Origin: Sphagnum compactum
Lineage: Eukaryota
Length of the DNA stretch: 64,000 nucleotides
NCBI GenBank assembly: GCA_965153455.1
Contig: OZ234493.1
Coordinates: forward strand, 31,300,213-31,364,212
Reading direction: 5' to 3'
Shown in pieces: positions 1-11,269 of the stretch. Within the stretch, counting starts at the first letter, position 1, and each line of letters opens with the position of its first letter. The notes below the pieces were generated by a model that saw only the letters and a list, made by a program, of their open reading frames with translations, was not told where the DNA came from and searched no databases. A program made the position numbers and the translations under genes.

Positions 1-1651
1 GTCTATATGTGTGCTGGTAATGCACACACTGAAAGGTTTGAAGCTTCTTCTCATAAGCGTTTTCCAGCTTGGATGAGGGTACTATAGATTTTGTTTATTA
101 GCTACTCTCGAGGGCTGTCTATTTTCAGTTCTAGCCAATATAACAACCAAATCTTCCAGTTACTTCCAGAAATGTAGTAGAAATTAAGGATGTAGATTTT
201 GTGTAATGGTTTGCACAACATTTTGGGCAGACAGATTCTTATATGCTTATCTGAACCCACCATAAGGAGCTTATCAAGTGAGTAGGGACTCATGTCAGCT
301 AGTCACTGCTGTTCATGGGGAAAGGTGATGCTGGAGGCTGATGGTCTGATACTTTGTGGGTGTCCCGGACTAATTCTTTTCAGATCAGTTTTAGCAATGG
401 TCTACAAAGTTCCTAATGATGTTGATTCTTTCCATGGACCAATTATCTGAGATAATGGCTAACTTGGTCTAAAGTCCTCTTTAGTTCTGAGCTTGTACTC
501 AAATTAGGTAACACTACCACTTGCATTGATCCCTGTACTGCAGTTCCTGACTTCAGTACTGACACCATTTGGATGCTGATGCTCATTCACAGTTGATGGG
601 TGACCACCTTCACCAAGCCACTGGTTGCATCATGGAGTTCCTTAGGGATCAAAAATCTCCAAAATTGGTACTGTTCCATGAGCTAATTTTGAGGCACAAA
701 ACAACTTGACAACAAAAGTCTGAAACCTATGAACTTAGTGACTCCAGTAACATTTGTTTGAATTCAAAGAAACTGAAATTTAAAGGTGAAATTTTGCACA
801 TATGCTTATTGGTGTGGGTGTCCATGCAAAAGCAAGCATCTAAACCTAAGGCTCCAGAACAATGTTTCTGAAGGTTAACTCTTCTGTCAGTTCTGGCAAA
901 ACCAAAACTAACTCAAAAGAATGAGTGTGGTTCCCCCCAGTAGAAGCAAGCAAGCATCTAAGAAGCCTATGGCATAGAGAGACCTACATAGAAAGAGGGT
1001 AGTGGTTGAGTGTTCGCAATCCTGAACATTTCCTTCAGGCATGCCACTGCTGCCCAATTGGATGCACTTACATCTGCCAAAGTTACTAAAAACAGATTGT
1101 AGAGACTGCAGAAGAAATTCCCCAACCCCACTTTCTATGTAATTGTTCTTTTTGTTCAAGCTAAACCAAAAACCTAACAAAACAAAAATGTGTGCAGTCA
1201 TGACCTTGCAAGACCATGAACATGTCTGTCCAACAATGAAGAGGGAATGGTTAAAGACAAATCCCACTTTTGGTGTACAACAAAGTAGAACCGAACAACC
1301 CCATGCAAGTCAATAGCCAACAAAGAAGAATGAAACTTTTGTGCTTTACTTCTGCTTGATATTCTTGCTCACCCAACTGAATACCTGCTGATATTGTCAC
1401 TCTGACAACTGAAGTTTCTTAGTTTTCCCTATGTAAAACAGCAAACATGCAGAAAGAAGCTGGAAAACTGGATCCACTGCTAGAAAGATGCAGCCAGAAT
1501 TCAGTCTCCATCTGCACTTCACTGGTGAATCACTCTGCTCTTTGGTTGATGAGCTTCCAAAAGGGAAGAGAACAGAACCTGGAAGAAGTGATTCTTCCAT
1601 CCTGCCACATACGAGGTCCTTGATCGGATCTGTGAGGTAGAGAGAGAAAGT

Positions 1652-2401
1652 TTATGACTCCTCTGTTGGCTGAGTGATGCCAAATTTGAGAAGCAACTTG
1701 TTCAAATCATCAGCAGAACAGACCTGATACTTGACATCTCCTAGTGGGCTCAGACTGATTTCAGCAAGCTCCAGTTTCTCAGAGGAGAGAGTGGTGCTGT
1801 CCATGGTTTTACTAAGGACCTTGAGCGCCAACTGAACTGCTTCCTCTCTGCTGATATCATCTTTGTAGTCCTGTTTCAGCATGGATTGTGCAGCTTGATT
1901 GTTTGCACCTATGGCTCCTGCTTTCCAGCCACCATAATTCCCACTAGGATCACTCATGTAAAGCTGGAAACCGAAGTTGTTGTCATAACCTGCAAACAGG
2001 AAAGAGACTCCAAAAGGACGCAGACCTCCGAATTGGGTATAGCCTTGCTTTGTATCGCAGAGAGATTGCACCAATTGCTCCACTGGCATGGGCTCCTGGT
2101 AAGCGAGAGTGTAGCGTTGGGCTTGTAATCTGGCAGTGTTGATGAGTATGTTGGCATCTGCCATGATGCCTGCTACTGCTACTGCTACATGATCATCGAT
2201 TTTGTACATCTTCTCTGTGGACTTGGTTGTGGCAAGAAGCTTGGATGTCACTCTTTTCTCTGCTGCCAAAACCACTCCATCTTTCGCTAACACACCTATG
2301 GCTGCTCCAGCATTGCTGATCGCTTCCATCGCATACTCTACTTGGTACAACCTCCCCTCCGGCGAGAAGATTGTGGTCCTGCTATCATATCGTCGGGACA
2401 T
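1652..2401 (-). CDS. PAC1: 20S proteasome subunit alpha type-4 (alpha-3), intronless CDS, 249 aa
   Basis: ORF from the ATG at 2401 reads [28 protein letters not shown]..., the diagnostic alpha-3 N-terminal signature, followed by [14 protein letters not shown] and [12 protein letters not shown]. The upstream in-frame poly-Glu is a (GAA)n tract in the 5' UTR. Confidence 0.97.
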   Translation of the reverse strand: MSRRYDSRTTIFSPEGRLYQVEYAMEAISNAGAAIGVLAKDGVVLAAEKRVTSKLLATTKSTEKMYKIDDHVAVAVAGIMADANILINTARLQAQRYTLAYQEPMPVEQLVQSLCDTKQGYTQFGGLRPFGVSFLFAGYDNNFGFQLYMSDPSGNYGGWKAGAIGANNQAAQSMLKQDYKDDISREEAVQLALKVLSKTMDSTTLSSEKLELAEISLSPLGDVKYQVCSADDLNKLLLKFGITQPTEES

Positions 2402-2499
2402 CTCTTCTTCTTCTTCTTCTTCTTCGCCTGTGTCTCTCCACAAAAAACCACACCCACCCACAAGCATACAAATAAGGAAAACAACACAAAAAGACCCAA

Positions 2500-2815
2500 A
2501 GGTTCACGAGATGTCCAACAGCAAAGCAAGACCCAGCAGGCGAGATCAAAAGAGAAACAACAGTTGCGTAGGATGGAAAAGCACACAGCACTAACAAATT
2601 GTGACGCTCAAGCGAACAGTAGAAACAAGAAACCAACACACAACTGGTCTTCTCTCACACAAAGCACCATTCTAGGGTTAGGGTTCACTAGATCTCCAAC
2701 AGCAAAGCAAGACCCAGCAGGCGAGATCAGAAGAGAAACTACAGTTGAGTACGATGTACACAGCAGCAAAGTGTGACGCTCAAGCAAACAGAAAAAACAA
2801 GAAAATAACACAAAA
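2500..2815. repeat. ~180-bp diverged tandem duplication in the PAC1 5' leader/intron
   Basis: ggttcac.agat.tccaacagcaaagcaagacccagcaggcgagatca...gtgacgctcaagc.aaca occurs at ~2501-2640 and again at ~2682-2815. Confidence 0.85.
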
Positions 2816-3757
2816 GAGGTCTTATCTCGCTCGAAGCACCCTTTTAGGGTTAGGAGGTCAGCCTGTTGTGTCTGTTGTGCTGCGTGATGGGTGTGGGTTG
2901 TTGCAAGGTTTTTCGTGTGGGTTGCAAGGCCTTTCATGCCAACTTCTTTCTGGCCTCATGGCACACCACAAGTGAGCAACTGCCGGAAGACAGACGCACA
3001 GACAGACGTATGAAGACTTAACAATTGGGCGCTTCTTCTGATTGTTCTCATCTCTTTTCTTCAGCTTTCGTTTTTTTTCGAGTATTGGGTTTAGAAGGTC
3101 ACATCTTCGAGGTTCAAGAAGATCACAACTGTTCTTGATGTCTTTTTCAGCGACAGTTGCTTCTTCTTCTTCTTTTCTTCCTCATACGCGGCTGTGTGTC
3201 GCAGATCCATGACCCGTTTGCCATGGTTTCCGCATGTCTCTTGTATTTCAATTTTCTGTCTGATGAGGGAGAAAGACGCTCGCGCACACACGCGCACACA
3301 GGGACACATAGAGTGCACAAGCAAATGAGCTTTGGGATGGCTGAAGACTTCACCGAGTTCTTTATTGCTCAAGAAGACTAGCTGGCCACAATCAAAGAAT
3401 GAGAAGAACCCATGCACACACATATGTCAAGGTTCTGTCACCCAACAGAGTGTCATGGAATTGAGAGTTGTTGTTTTGATGATGATGAGCAGCTGCTGTC
3501 GTCGATGATTTGTTTGGACAAGAAGCAAGATGCTTGTTTTGTGCCTTTCTTGTTATGAATGAGCACCCGAGTGCCTGCTATGTTTGTTTCTTGCAGGCTT
3601 GGGTCTTGCTTTGGAGAGAGTATCATGCTACTTTGTGCATAAGAATAATACCTGCAGCGTTCAGACTGGTGTGGGGTGGAAGGGGAGGGGCAGGTTTTAG
3701 CATTCTACATGCTGGTTGGTGCACACAGAAAGGGTTTTAGAAGAGTGATGCCATAAA

Positions 3758-5125
3758 ATGACAATGGCAGCAGCACCTGGCAGTGATGGCCGCATTCGCA
3801 AGAACTGGAAGTGGCAATTGCTTTTACTGCTGCTGTTAGACGAGGAAGAAGATAGGCGGCAGCAGCGGGAAGATCGGCAGCAAGCTCTTGCGTACTTGCA
3901 ATGGCAACAGCAACATGCTAGGCGTAGAGCATGGCTGCAACGATACTATGGTCAGTTGCAGTCCCTGTATGCTGATCTCACAGTGCTTGAGAGCTGTCGG
4001 CTACGTCAAGCTCGTGTAGCAGTAGCTGCTCTTGGAGCAGCTGTGTCTACCCAACAGAGTGTGCAGCGTAGGCTATGGGTGAAGACAAGGTCACAGGCAT
4101 GGTGGACACGATGCAACCATCCAGGGTTTCCAGAAATTGAGTTTCATCGAGCTTTTCGGATGTCTCGCGTTACATTTGATCACATTTGTGATCAGCTTGC
4201 AGTTGCAGTGGCCAAAGAAGACACAATGCTGAGGGCAGCTATACCTGTACAGCAAAGAGTTGCAGTGTGCATATGGCGGCTAGCAACAGGGGAGCCACTG
4301 CGTCTCGTGTCCAAACGCTTTGGACTGGGAATCTCAACATGCCACAAGATGGTGCTTGAGGTCTGTGCTGCTATCAATGATGTTCTTTTTCCAAAGTATG
4401 TGCAATGGCCAACAGAAGAGCGGCTTCAACGAGTGATGCAGGAGTATGAGTCCAGTTCAGGAATGCATAATGTGTTGGGCACACTGTACACGACTCACAT
4501 TCCGATAATTGCTCCTAAATTCAATGTTGCATCGTACCATAACAAGCGACACACAGAGCACAATCACAAGACATCTTATTCCATTACCTTACAAGGCATG
4601 GTGGATATCCATGGCTCTTTCACGGACGTGTGTGTTGGGTTGCCTGGATCCTTAGCTGACGAGCAAGTGCTGGAGAAATCTGCATTATTCCAGAAAGGAA
4701 GCAGTGGAGAGCTTCAGGGTATGTATGTAGTGGGTGGGCGAGGCTATCCACTCTTGGACTGGCTTCTAGTTCCTTATGTTCAACACAACCTGACTTGGGC
4801 TCAACATGCTTTCAATGAAAAAGTAGGGGATGTGTTACAAGGAGCTAAAGGTGCGTTTTGCCGCTTGAAAGGACGCTGGCGATTCTTGCAGCGGAGAACA
4901 GAGGTCAAGTTGCAAGAACTCCCTGCAGTCTTACGGGCATGCTGTGTGCTCCACAATGTCTGTGAAATGCACCAGGAAGGTTTTGATCCAGAGCTCATGT
5001 TCAAGGTTGATGACGATGAGATGCTTCCAGAGCAAGCAAATGTTCCTCCCTCTGCGATACAATCCCGTGACACGATCGCCCATAATTTGCTTCACAATGT
5101 GCATACAGGCTCCTCTTTCCTGTGA
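3758..5125 (+). CDS. ALP1-like / HARBI1-family (DDE_Tnp_4) domesticated PIF/Harbinger transposase, intronless, 455 aa
   Basis: FHRAFRMSRVTFDHIC and IPVQQRVAVCIWRLATGEPLRLVSKRFGLGISTCH (HTH), TTHIPIIAPK, GYPLLDWLLVPY, AFCRLKGRW, ACCVLHNVCE. No TIRs are visible and the DDE positions are substituted. Confidence 0.93.
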   Translation: MTMAAAPGSDGRIRKNWKWQLLLLLLLDEEEDRRQQREDRQQALAYLQWQQQHARRRAWLQRYYGQLQSLYADLTVLESCRLRQARVAVAALGAAVSTQQSVQRRLWVKTRSQAWWTRCNHPGFPEIEFHRAFRMSRVTFDHICDQLAVAVAKEDTMLRAAIPVQQRVAVCIWRLATGEPLRLVSKRFGLGISTCHKMVLEVCAAINDVLFPKYVQWPTEERLQRVMQEYESSSGMHNVLGTLYTTHIPIIAPKFNVASYHNKRHTEHNHKTSYSITLQGMVDIHGSFTDVCVGLPGSLADEQVLEKSALFQKGSSGELQGMYVVGGRGYPLLDWLLVPYVQHNLTWAQHAFNEKVGDVLQGAKGAFCRLKGRWRFLQRRTEVKLQELPAVLRACCVLHNVCEMHQEGFDPELMFKVDDDEMLPEQANVPPSAIQSRDTIAHNLLHNVHTGSSFL

Positions 5126-6361
5126 TGGTATTCACGGTGATTGATGTTATACACAAATCTTCTTGTGGTTGAGAATATTGACTTGAGAATCATCACAGAG
5201 TCCAGATCAAGAAGCGCTATCACCTGTACTGGAACCAATGTTTCCTTTTTTCCTCAACACACTTTGGGTTGCTCCAACAGTTTGCTCCAGTGTGCTTTGC
5301 ACAAACCTCATTGCTGTAGAATCTTTGGTAAGGTTGTGCTTGTACGGGTACGAATACTACCCTGGTCACCAGTTTCATTGCTGTGATTTGGGCAGTGGAG
5401 AAAAGAATATAGACAAAATTTTGATCACATCTTCCTCTTCTTGTGTGAGTTGTCTGTGGATACAATTACCTTGTTGAAACTCTAGTGCTTGATCCCTGCT
5501 CCTGGTGTTTGGCTTGCTTTTCCAGCACAAGTGTTCTGCAGTTGAAGAAAAAACTGTTGTTTTGTCTTTGGGTGGTGCTTCACTCTGGTGTGATGATTAG
5601 CAGGATATGTGAGTGCTGAGTGGTTCTTTGCTCTGGTATGATGATGATTATGAGGACATATGTGAATGCCCAAAGGAGTCCCATAATCTTGTGACAGTTT
5701 GCAGAGTGTGTCAAAATTTTCCACCACAGCAACAACAACAATGTTAGCCCAGATTCCACACAGTGGAGAAATCTTTTGCAAAATCTTTCCAGAGAATCAG
5801 CAATTGAAAACAAGGCTTTCAAGGAGTTGGGGAGCCAATGCAGTGGAAATCTTGGTGCAAAATGTTTTCATAGAACCAACAATGAAAATGCATTCCAGAA
5901 GTGGGTGGCTCCCCAGCAAACACCGCAGCTGCCATCATCATGTTGGGAATTATACTTATGGAGGTGCCTACAGCTCTGTTTGTTCTGATGGATCTTTGTT
6001 TTGCCATCAAAACTTCTACTAAGAAACAGTAATGTCTGGCTATGGAGTAGGTATTTGCAAGATGAAGGAAACAGCAGTTGGAGTTTCAATGCAGGACTTC
6101 CAGTTTTTGCAGTAAAGGTCTGGCAGTTATTATTCAGCAGATAGTCTGGTGGACATTGGGGTCACTCCACAGTGCATAAATGAACACACATTTTTGTGGA
6201 GATCACCAGACATGACGAAGGCAGCAGCAACAGTAATGGGTATTGAGCATGTCCTCAAAATGAGCTAGCAAAGTGTGAAACAAAAGACGGATCCTGATCT
6301 GTGTGTGAGAGATCGTTGCTGCTCTCTCTCTCTCTCCTGTGAATGTGGGAAAGCCCTGAGT

Positions 6362-7807
6362 TTACTGACAATTTTGAGTTGCTTCATAAGTCTCACCAAC
6401 TTGCCAGTTAGATGGTGCAACATTCGGAAGCACCACGATCTGTCCTGTGCTGAGGGTGACTTGGAATGACAATGGCTGCCCTACAAGCACAACACCTGAT
6501 AGTTGCCAGTTCTGACCCCAGTTCTGGACGAGATCAAAGTAGGTGCTTCCAGTTCCTTTCACAGCAAGACCAGAGATACTTCCAGCTCCTCCAATGTTGG
6601 TTGGAAGAACCAAGAGGAACCAAGGGTTGCCATTGATTGTGAAACGAATTCCTCCCTGTTTCTGGCACCCAACTCTGCAAGCCAAAACCAAAACATGCAC
6701 AACAGGAACTCAGGTAGGGAAATCTTGAATCATGAACCGCTCCGTGATTGGGCAAAGAATGTCTAGCATTGCATCAAAGACTGATGTACAGTTTGTGCTG
6801 TGAAATGATGAAAGTGACGTTGTCAGGATGCCTGCCTGCAGCTTCTGAGCTTTCTGATCGTATGATTCATCAAATTGTGAACAAACAAATGAAACATGTC
6901 TGTGATTGCAGTTACTTTACCTTCGGTATGTGACTGGGACAATGCCACCTTGGTACTGAGCAATTTGAAGGAAAGCAGGTTCAGCCATGTCGAAATGTTC
7001 TCGAGGTGGGTTACACCAACCTCCATTATTGCTTGACTCTGCCCAATTGGGAGGACAGAGATTTGTAGCTGTCAATGTGATGGTGGGACTGCCAGGCAAA
7101 CACCATTTGCTATTCACACACTTGATCTCGTAACATGCTCCACAGGTGAGGCCATTGTTGAAAAGCACTGTACTCAGTGCTGCTGTTTGGGTCCCATATC
7201 CTTGAGAATAGAGGTTTCCATACCCACAAGCTCCACCTGCACAGAGCCATGGATCCTTATACATACAAAGTGGCACCAAAGAGTGCTAGTGTGCAAATTC
7301 TACCTGGTAATCTGCAGGAAGGATCAAAGGTTTGATTGCCATACCCATTGTGCCTGATGCATCTGCTCCACCATAGAAAGTGGAGTAAGCTCCCAACGTC
7401 CATGGTCCTGGAGTGAATGTGCTGGATGGCACTGATGATGTTCCAGGAATTGGTTGGTATGCGAGACTGGCACCACCATTGCTTCCAGCTCCAACATCAT
7501 CAGGATCTAAGCTGAACACTAAACCAGTATCATCAGTAGTAGTAGCTTGGACCCCTCCAGAAGCTGCTGCTGCTGCAAATACATCTCCATAGATATCTGT
7601 GTTTGCAGTAGTACTAGTTTGGGTTGAGAATTGAGGAAAATCTGCAGCATCTGGTGGACTGTCAACAGCCAAACTGAAATGTAAACCACTATCATCCGTG
7701 TAGGTATATGCATTGCTATCAGCAGTGAGTTCTCCCTGAGTGGTGGATACAGCAAGCACAGCCCATAATGCCACTGCAAGCATGCACAGATCAGCTGCAC
7801 CACCCAT
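6362..7807 (-). CDS. Alpha-expansin (EXPA) with long acidic N-terminal extension; exons ~7807-7345, 7236-6921, 6674-6362
   Basis: Signal peptide ([15 protein letters not shown]), [49 protein letters not shown] (HFD motif), [16 protein letters not shown]. Two GT-AG introns lie at the canonical EXPA positions and the phases join in frame. The start codon is uncertain. Confidence 0.95.
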
Positions 7808-8629
7808 GGACCTAGCCCTGCACACCACCAATGACAGTGAAGCTCACTACACATTACTTTTTTTAGATCTTACATTGCTTTTGCATGCAGATTGTAGTAC
7901 TGAGCTACAGCCCAGGCTCTAAACTTCTCCATGATTGATCTACAAGCTTGGAATGTGGTGGAGCTCCCTACCACTTGCATTATAATCAGACCAATCTACA
8001 AATCTACTTGAGAATTTTCTGTCATTATTCTCACTGAAGGAAAGGCAGGACATCCATCCTTTGTGAGCAACTAAATGATGAGTGCTACAATCCAACAACT
8101 CCTGGCAAGCTCTCTTGTCATTAACTCTCTTGTGTTCTTGCATGATCCTTGTTTGACAACACTTGAGACACAGTAACAAAATACTGCAAATGCATGTCCA
8201 TTACTTGATGATGATCATCAGCACATATTAAGATCCCTGCCTGCAAGTGATCAGAGTTCAGTAGATTCCACTTACATTGTGTTCTTGCAGATCCACAGGG
8301 GGATGATGATGATGATGACTCACACTTGCGGTGCACTTCAAAAACACTCCAGATGCAAGAACAACATAACACCTAGTTTGCTTCCCAAACTACTCAAACA
8401 AAAAAGAAAAAACTCTCCAGTGAACTCAGAGCAGCTCTTGGGTATCATCAATGGCTGCAGCTGCGATGCTGTACCACTATCATTGGATTAGCTGCAACAC
8501 CCATATACACACACACCCATCTCCACAAAAGGATCAGAAGAAGAAGTGCATACAAAAATATTACCAAAGCCGTATCTTAGTGCAAAATATAGCATACTGC
8601 CAAAATTGGAGTGAGTAGCAGCTACAAAC

Positions 8630-8965
8630 CAGACCCACTTTTTTTTCTTTTTTTTTTTGGTTCAGTTCTTCAGAGACTTCCGTGCTTTTTTCTGGTCAAT
8701 TTTGTGTGTTGTAGCCAAGGTAGCGATGATCCACATGAAAATTCAGCCAGATTTGGCATAGCTAAATATGAAAGTAAAATTTTAAAAACATCCTTCTATA
8801 TTTTTGGCTACTCTACATCAACCATGTATAGAAATCTGGCGATTTTTCTTAAATTTTGGTCGAATTGTGGCTATTGAAAATCTCAAAAAGCACATGATTT
8901 TAGCACTTTTACTGTTTTAAACATAGCCTTTTTTTGGCTATATATAGCCAGCCCAAAAAATGGCT
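8630..8965. mobile_element. Short non-coding interspersed repeat (MITE-like); related copy at ~16290-16510 in opposite orientation
   Basis: ttctatatttttggctact at ~8794 is the reverse complement of agtagccaaaaatatagaa at ~16350. Both copies have further tagcca/tggcta motifs and are AT-rich. Confidence 0.55.
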
Positions 8966-9229
8966 TGTCCAGAATCAGAGTCTACAGAAGATTTTATAAT
9001 TATGTACAATACTTTTCCTCCGCTGATTTTTCCTCCTGAATTTGCAAGACTAGTTGAGCTACAAAACCGCCATTTAAAAAATTATTAAAATTTTGTTTTT
9101 GGGTTTCCGAGGACGACGATTGAATTCCCTCTGCTGCACCCGGCCGGGCCGGCCCGGGCCTTGTAACGACAATAGGGTGGTGGTGCACTGGTGCACCCAA
9201 CTATTTGTGGGAATCTAAAATTGGTGGGT

Positions 9230-10470
9230 TCCGTTGATTTTAGAAGCAGCTTGCTGCGCTGATCTTGCTATACTACAATCACGCGCGGCTCCTCGCGTCC
9301 GCTATCGTTTGGACTCGCTCTGGATTTGGATTTTCTCTCGCGCTAGCTCGCATTTGGGGCCCGGGTAAGTCTGTCTAGCCGCTCGCTGCCTTCTCGCTCA
9401 GCGCGCCGTCGACGACGTGACGCCGGCCGCCGAACGCCGTCCGTCGGCGCGCTTTCGTTCGAACTTCGTCGTCGGACCCACCCCCCAAAGTCAACAACAT
9501 GGGTACCGGTTATCCTATTTTTATAAAAATAAAGTAAAGGCCGGTTATTATAATTTTCATAGTGTAGAAAAAATAAATAAAATTATATATATATATATAT
9601 AAAGTCTATATGGTCAATTAAATTGTTAGAATGCGTGTCTTGAATTGTTTTGAGAAGTTAGTTAATAATTTCCGTAGTATAAAGTAACACTTAAATTGTC
9701 GTGATAACATCATCAAACAAAAGATTTATGGCCAATGAGATTGTTCTACCTAATTGGCGCTTTAAATGTTTTTAAAAAGAAAATTGCCTTATTTATTATA
9801 TTGGTGAAGGAATTATTTACATGTTGCATGTTAAACTCACATACAAATTGCAAAGGAAACTGTGAACAAGAAATTTGGAATTTTTGACACATTTATTTTT
9901 TCTGATTTTACTAGAGATTTCATGCAAGGTTTCTCCTTATCTATTAATTAATATATATAAAATGGATGGGTTCCAAGTCTTGACATTTGATCGGGAACTG
10001 GTTTATGTAGGATGGGATTTTGGTGATTTTGGTCATTCTGACAATTTCAGAGTCATTCCACATTATAATTCATGGTAGATCAAATTTCCATTTTAAATCG
10101 TTTTTTTGTTTGTTTGTGTTGTTTATAATGTATTTTGTTGTTTGTATTGCATCTTTTTTCTTTTTTTTTTTCTTTTTGTCTATCTGTATTTTTTATTTAT
10201 TGTGAACTTCTGTGATGAATCAGACTTTTGTTAAGACATTTTGCATTACAAAATCAAGAATTTTTAAAAAAATTACAAGAACAAAATGATATCTAATGAA
10301 ATTTACAAAATTTTATCTTTTGTAAAGACAAAATTGATTATGGGTATATTGAGACCCTTGGTTACCATATCACAACCCAGTTATTTATTTGGTTCTTTGC
10401 GACTGGCAGTTACATACCCTTGAGAGCTGCCGGGTATCAGGTTCCCACTTGTTATAACTACCTGACACTG
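9230..10470. mobile_element. Non-autonomous DNA-transposon remnant with hAT-like end
   Basis: GC-rich head at 9230-9500, repeated ccggtta/ggtacc subterminal-type motifs, and an end ...tacctgacactg (reverse complement CAGTGTCAGG) resembling the CAGTGTTGGG TIR of the hAT at 18183. The partner end and TSD were not found. Confidence 0.4.
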
Positions 10471-11269
10471 GTACTTTCCTACTTACCCAGAATTTTACAT
10501 CATATTACTTTTATATATGTTTTTAAAATAGTTTTCAAAATAGTTTTTAAAAACTTAAAAGCTATTTTTTAAAATAATATTTCAAAATAGTTTTAAATTT
10601 TTAAAAGCTTGAAATTGTTCTATTTTTTGGGAATTTGAGTTTGGTGACTCGTTATGGATTTTCAATATTTTTGAAAGAGTGATATTAGGAAAAGATGATT
10701 TGAAAATTGGAATAAGGGGAAATGAAATAATACCCTATGACTTTAGTTTTGGGGAGATGGGAACAGGGAACTTTGGTGTGGGGTACACAAAAGAACCATT
10801 AGGTGTCTTACATGTTTTTACAAATTGTAAATATAAATTTAGTACCAAAATGGTTCTTTTTTAATACATATTTTAAACATATAATATTAAACCAAGTGGT
10901 TGGGATTGATGGATTATTTTGCAATAAATGGTTGTGGTTTTCAATTCAGGCTTAGGCTAGGGGTTTGATTCAATTTGAGGCCATGCAAGATGTAAAAAAA
11001 CCAACCCAAGTATTAATTAAGGTTTTAGGTTAGAATTTAAGGTATAAATTGATGATTGTTCAGTCAATTGGTCACAAAAATCCTTTTATGGTTTCTACTC
11101 GAAGATCAAACTTTCCAAGAATGCATTGAATGATGTTGTTTGTGTAATTAAAAACTGATCAACTCCAACAAAGAAGAATGGAGACAAGTCTAATCATGGA
11201 CTATTTTTTGCTTTTGAACATTTCTTTTTCAATTGGCTTATATAGGTTCGACTTGGTCATATTTTGGTT

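Noticed and set aside
1..1600. Short ORFs downstream of PAC1
   Set aside because: No recognisable motifs or consistent exon chain; probably UTR or intergenic.
1652..2401. Intronless PAC1 as a retrogene
   Set aside because: To my knowledge plant alpha-3 CDSs are commonly intronless, and no poly(A) remnant or TSD is visible.
2402..2467. N-terminal extension MLVGG...EEEEEEE on the proteasome ORF
   Set aside because: Non-ATG start running through a (GAA)n UTR tract and a likely intron. The conserved protein starts at MSRRYD.
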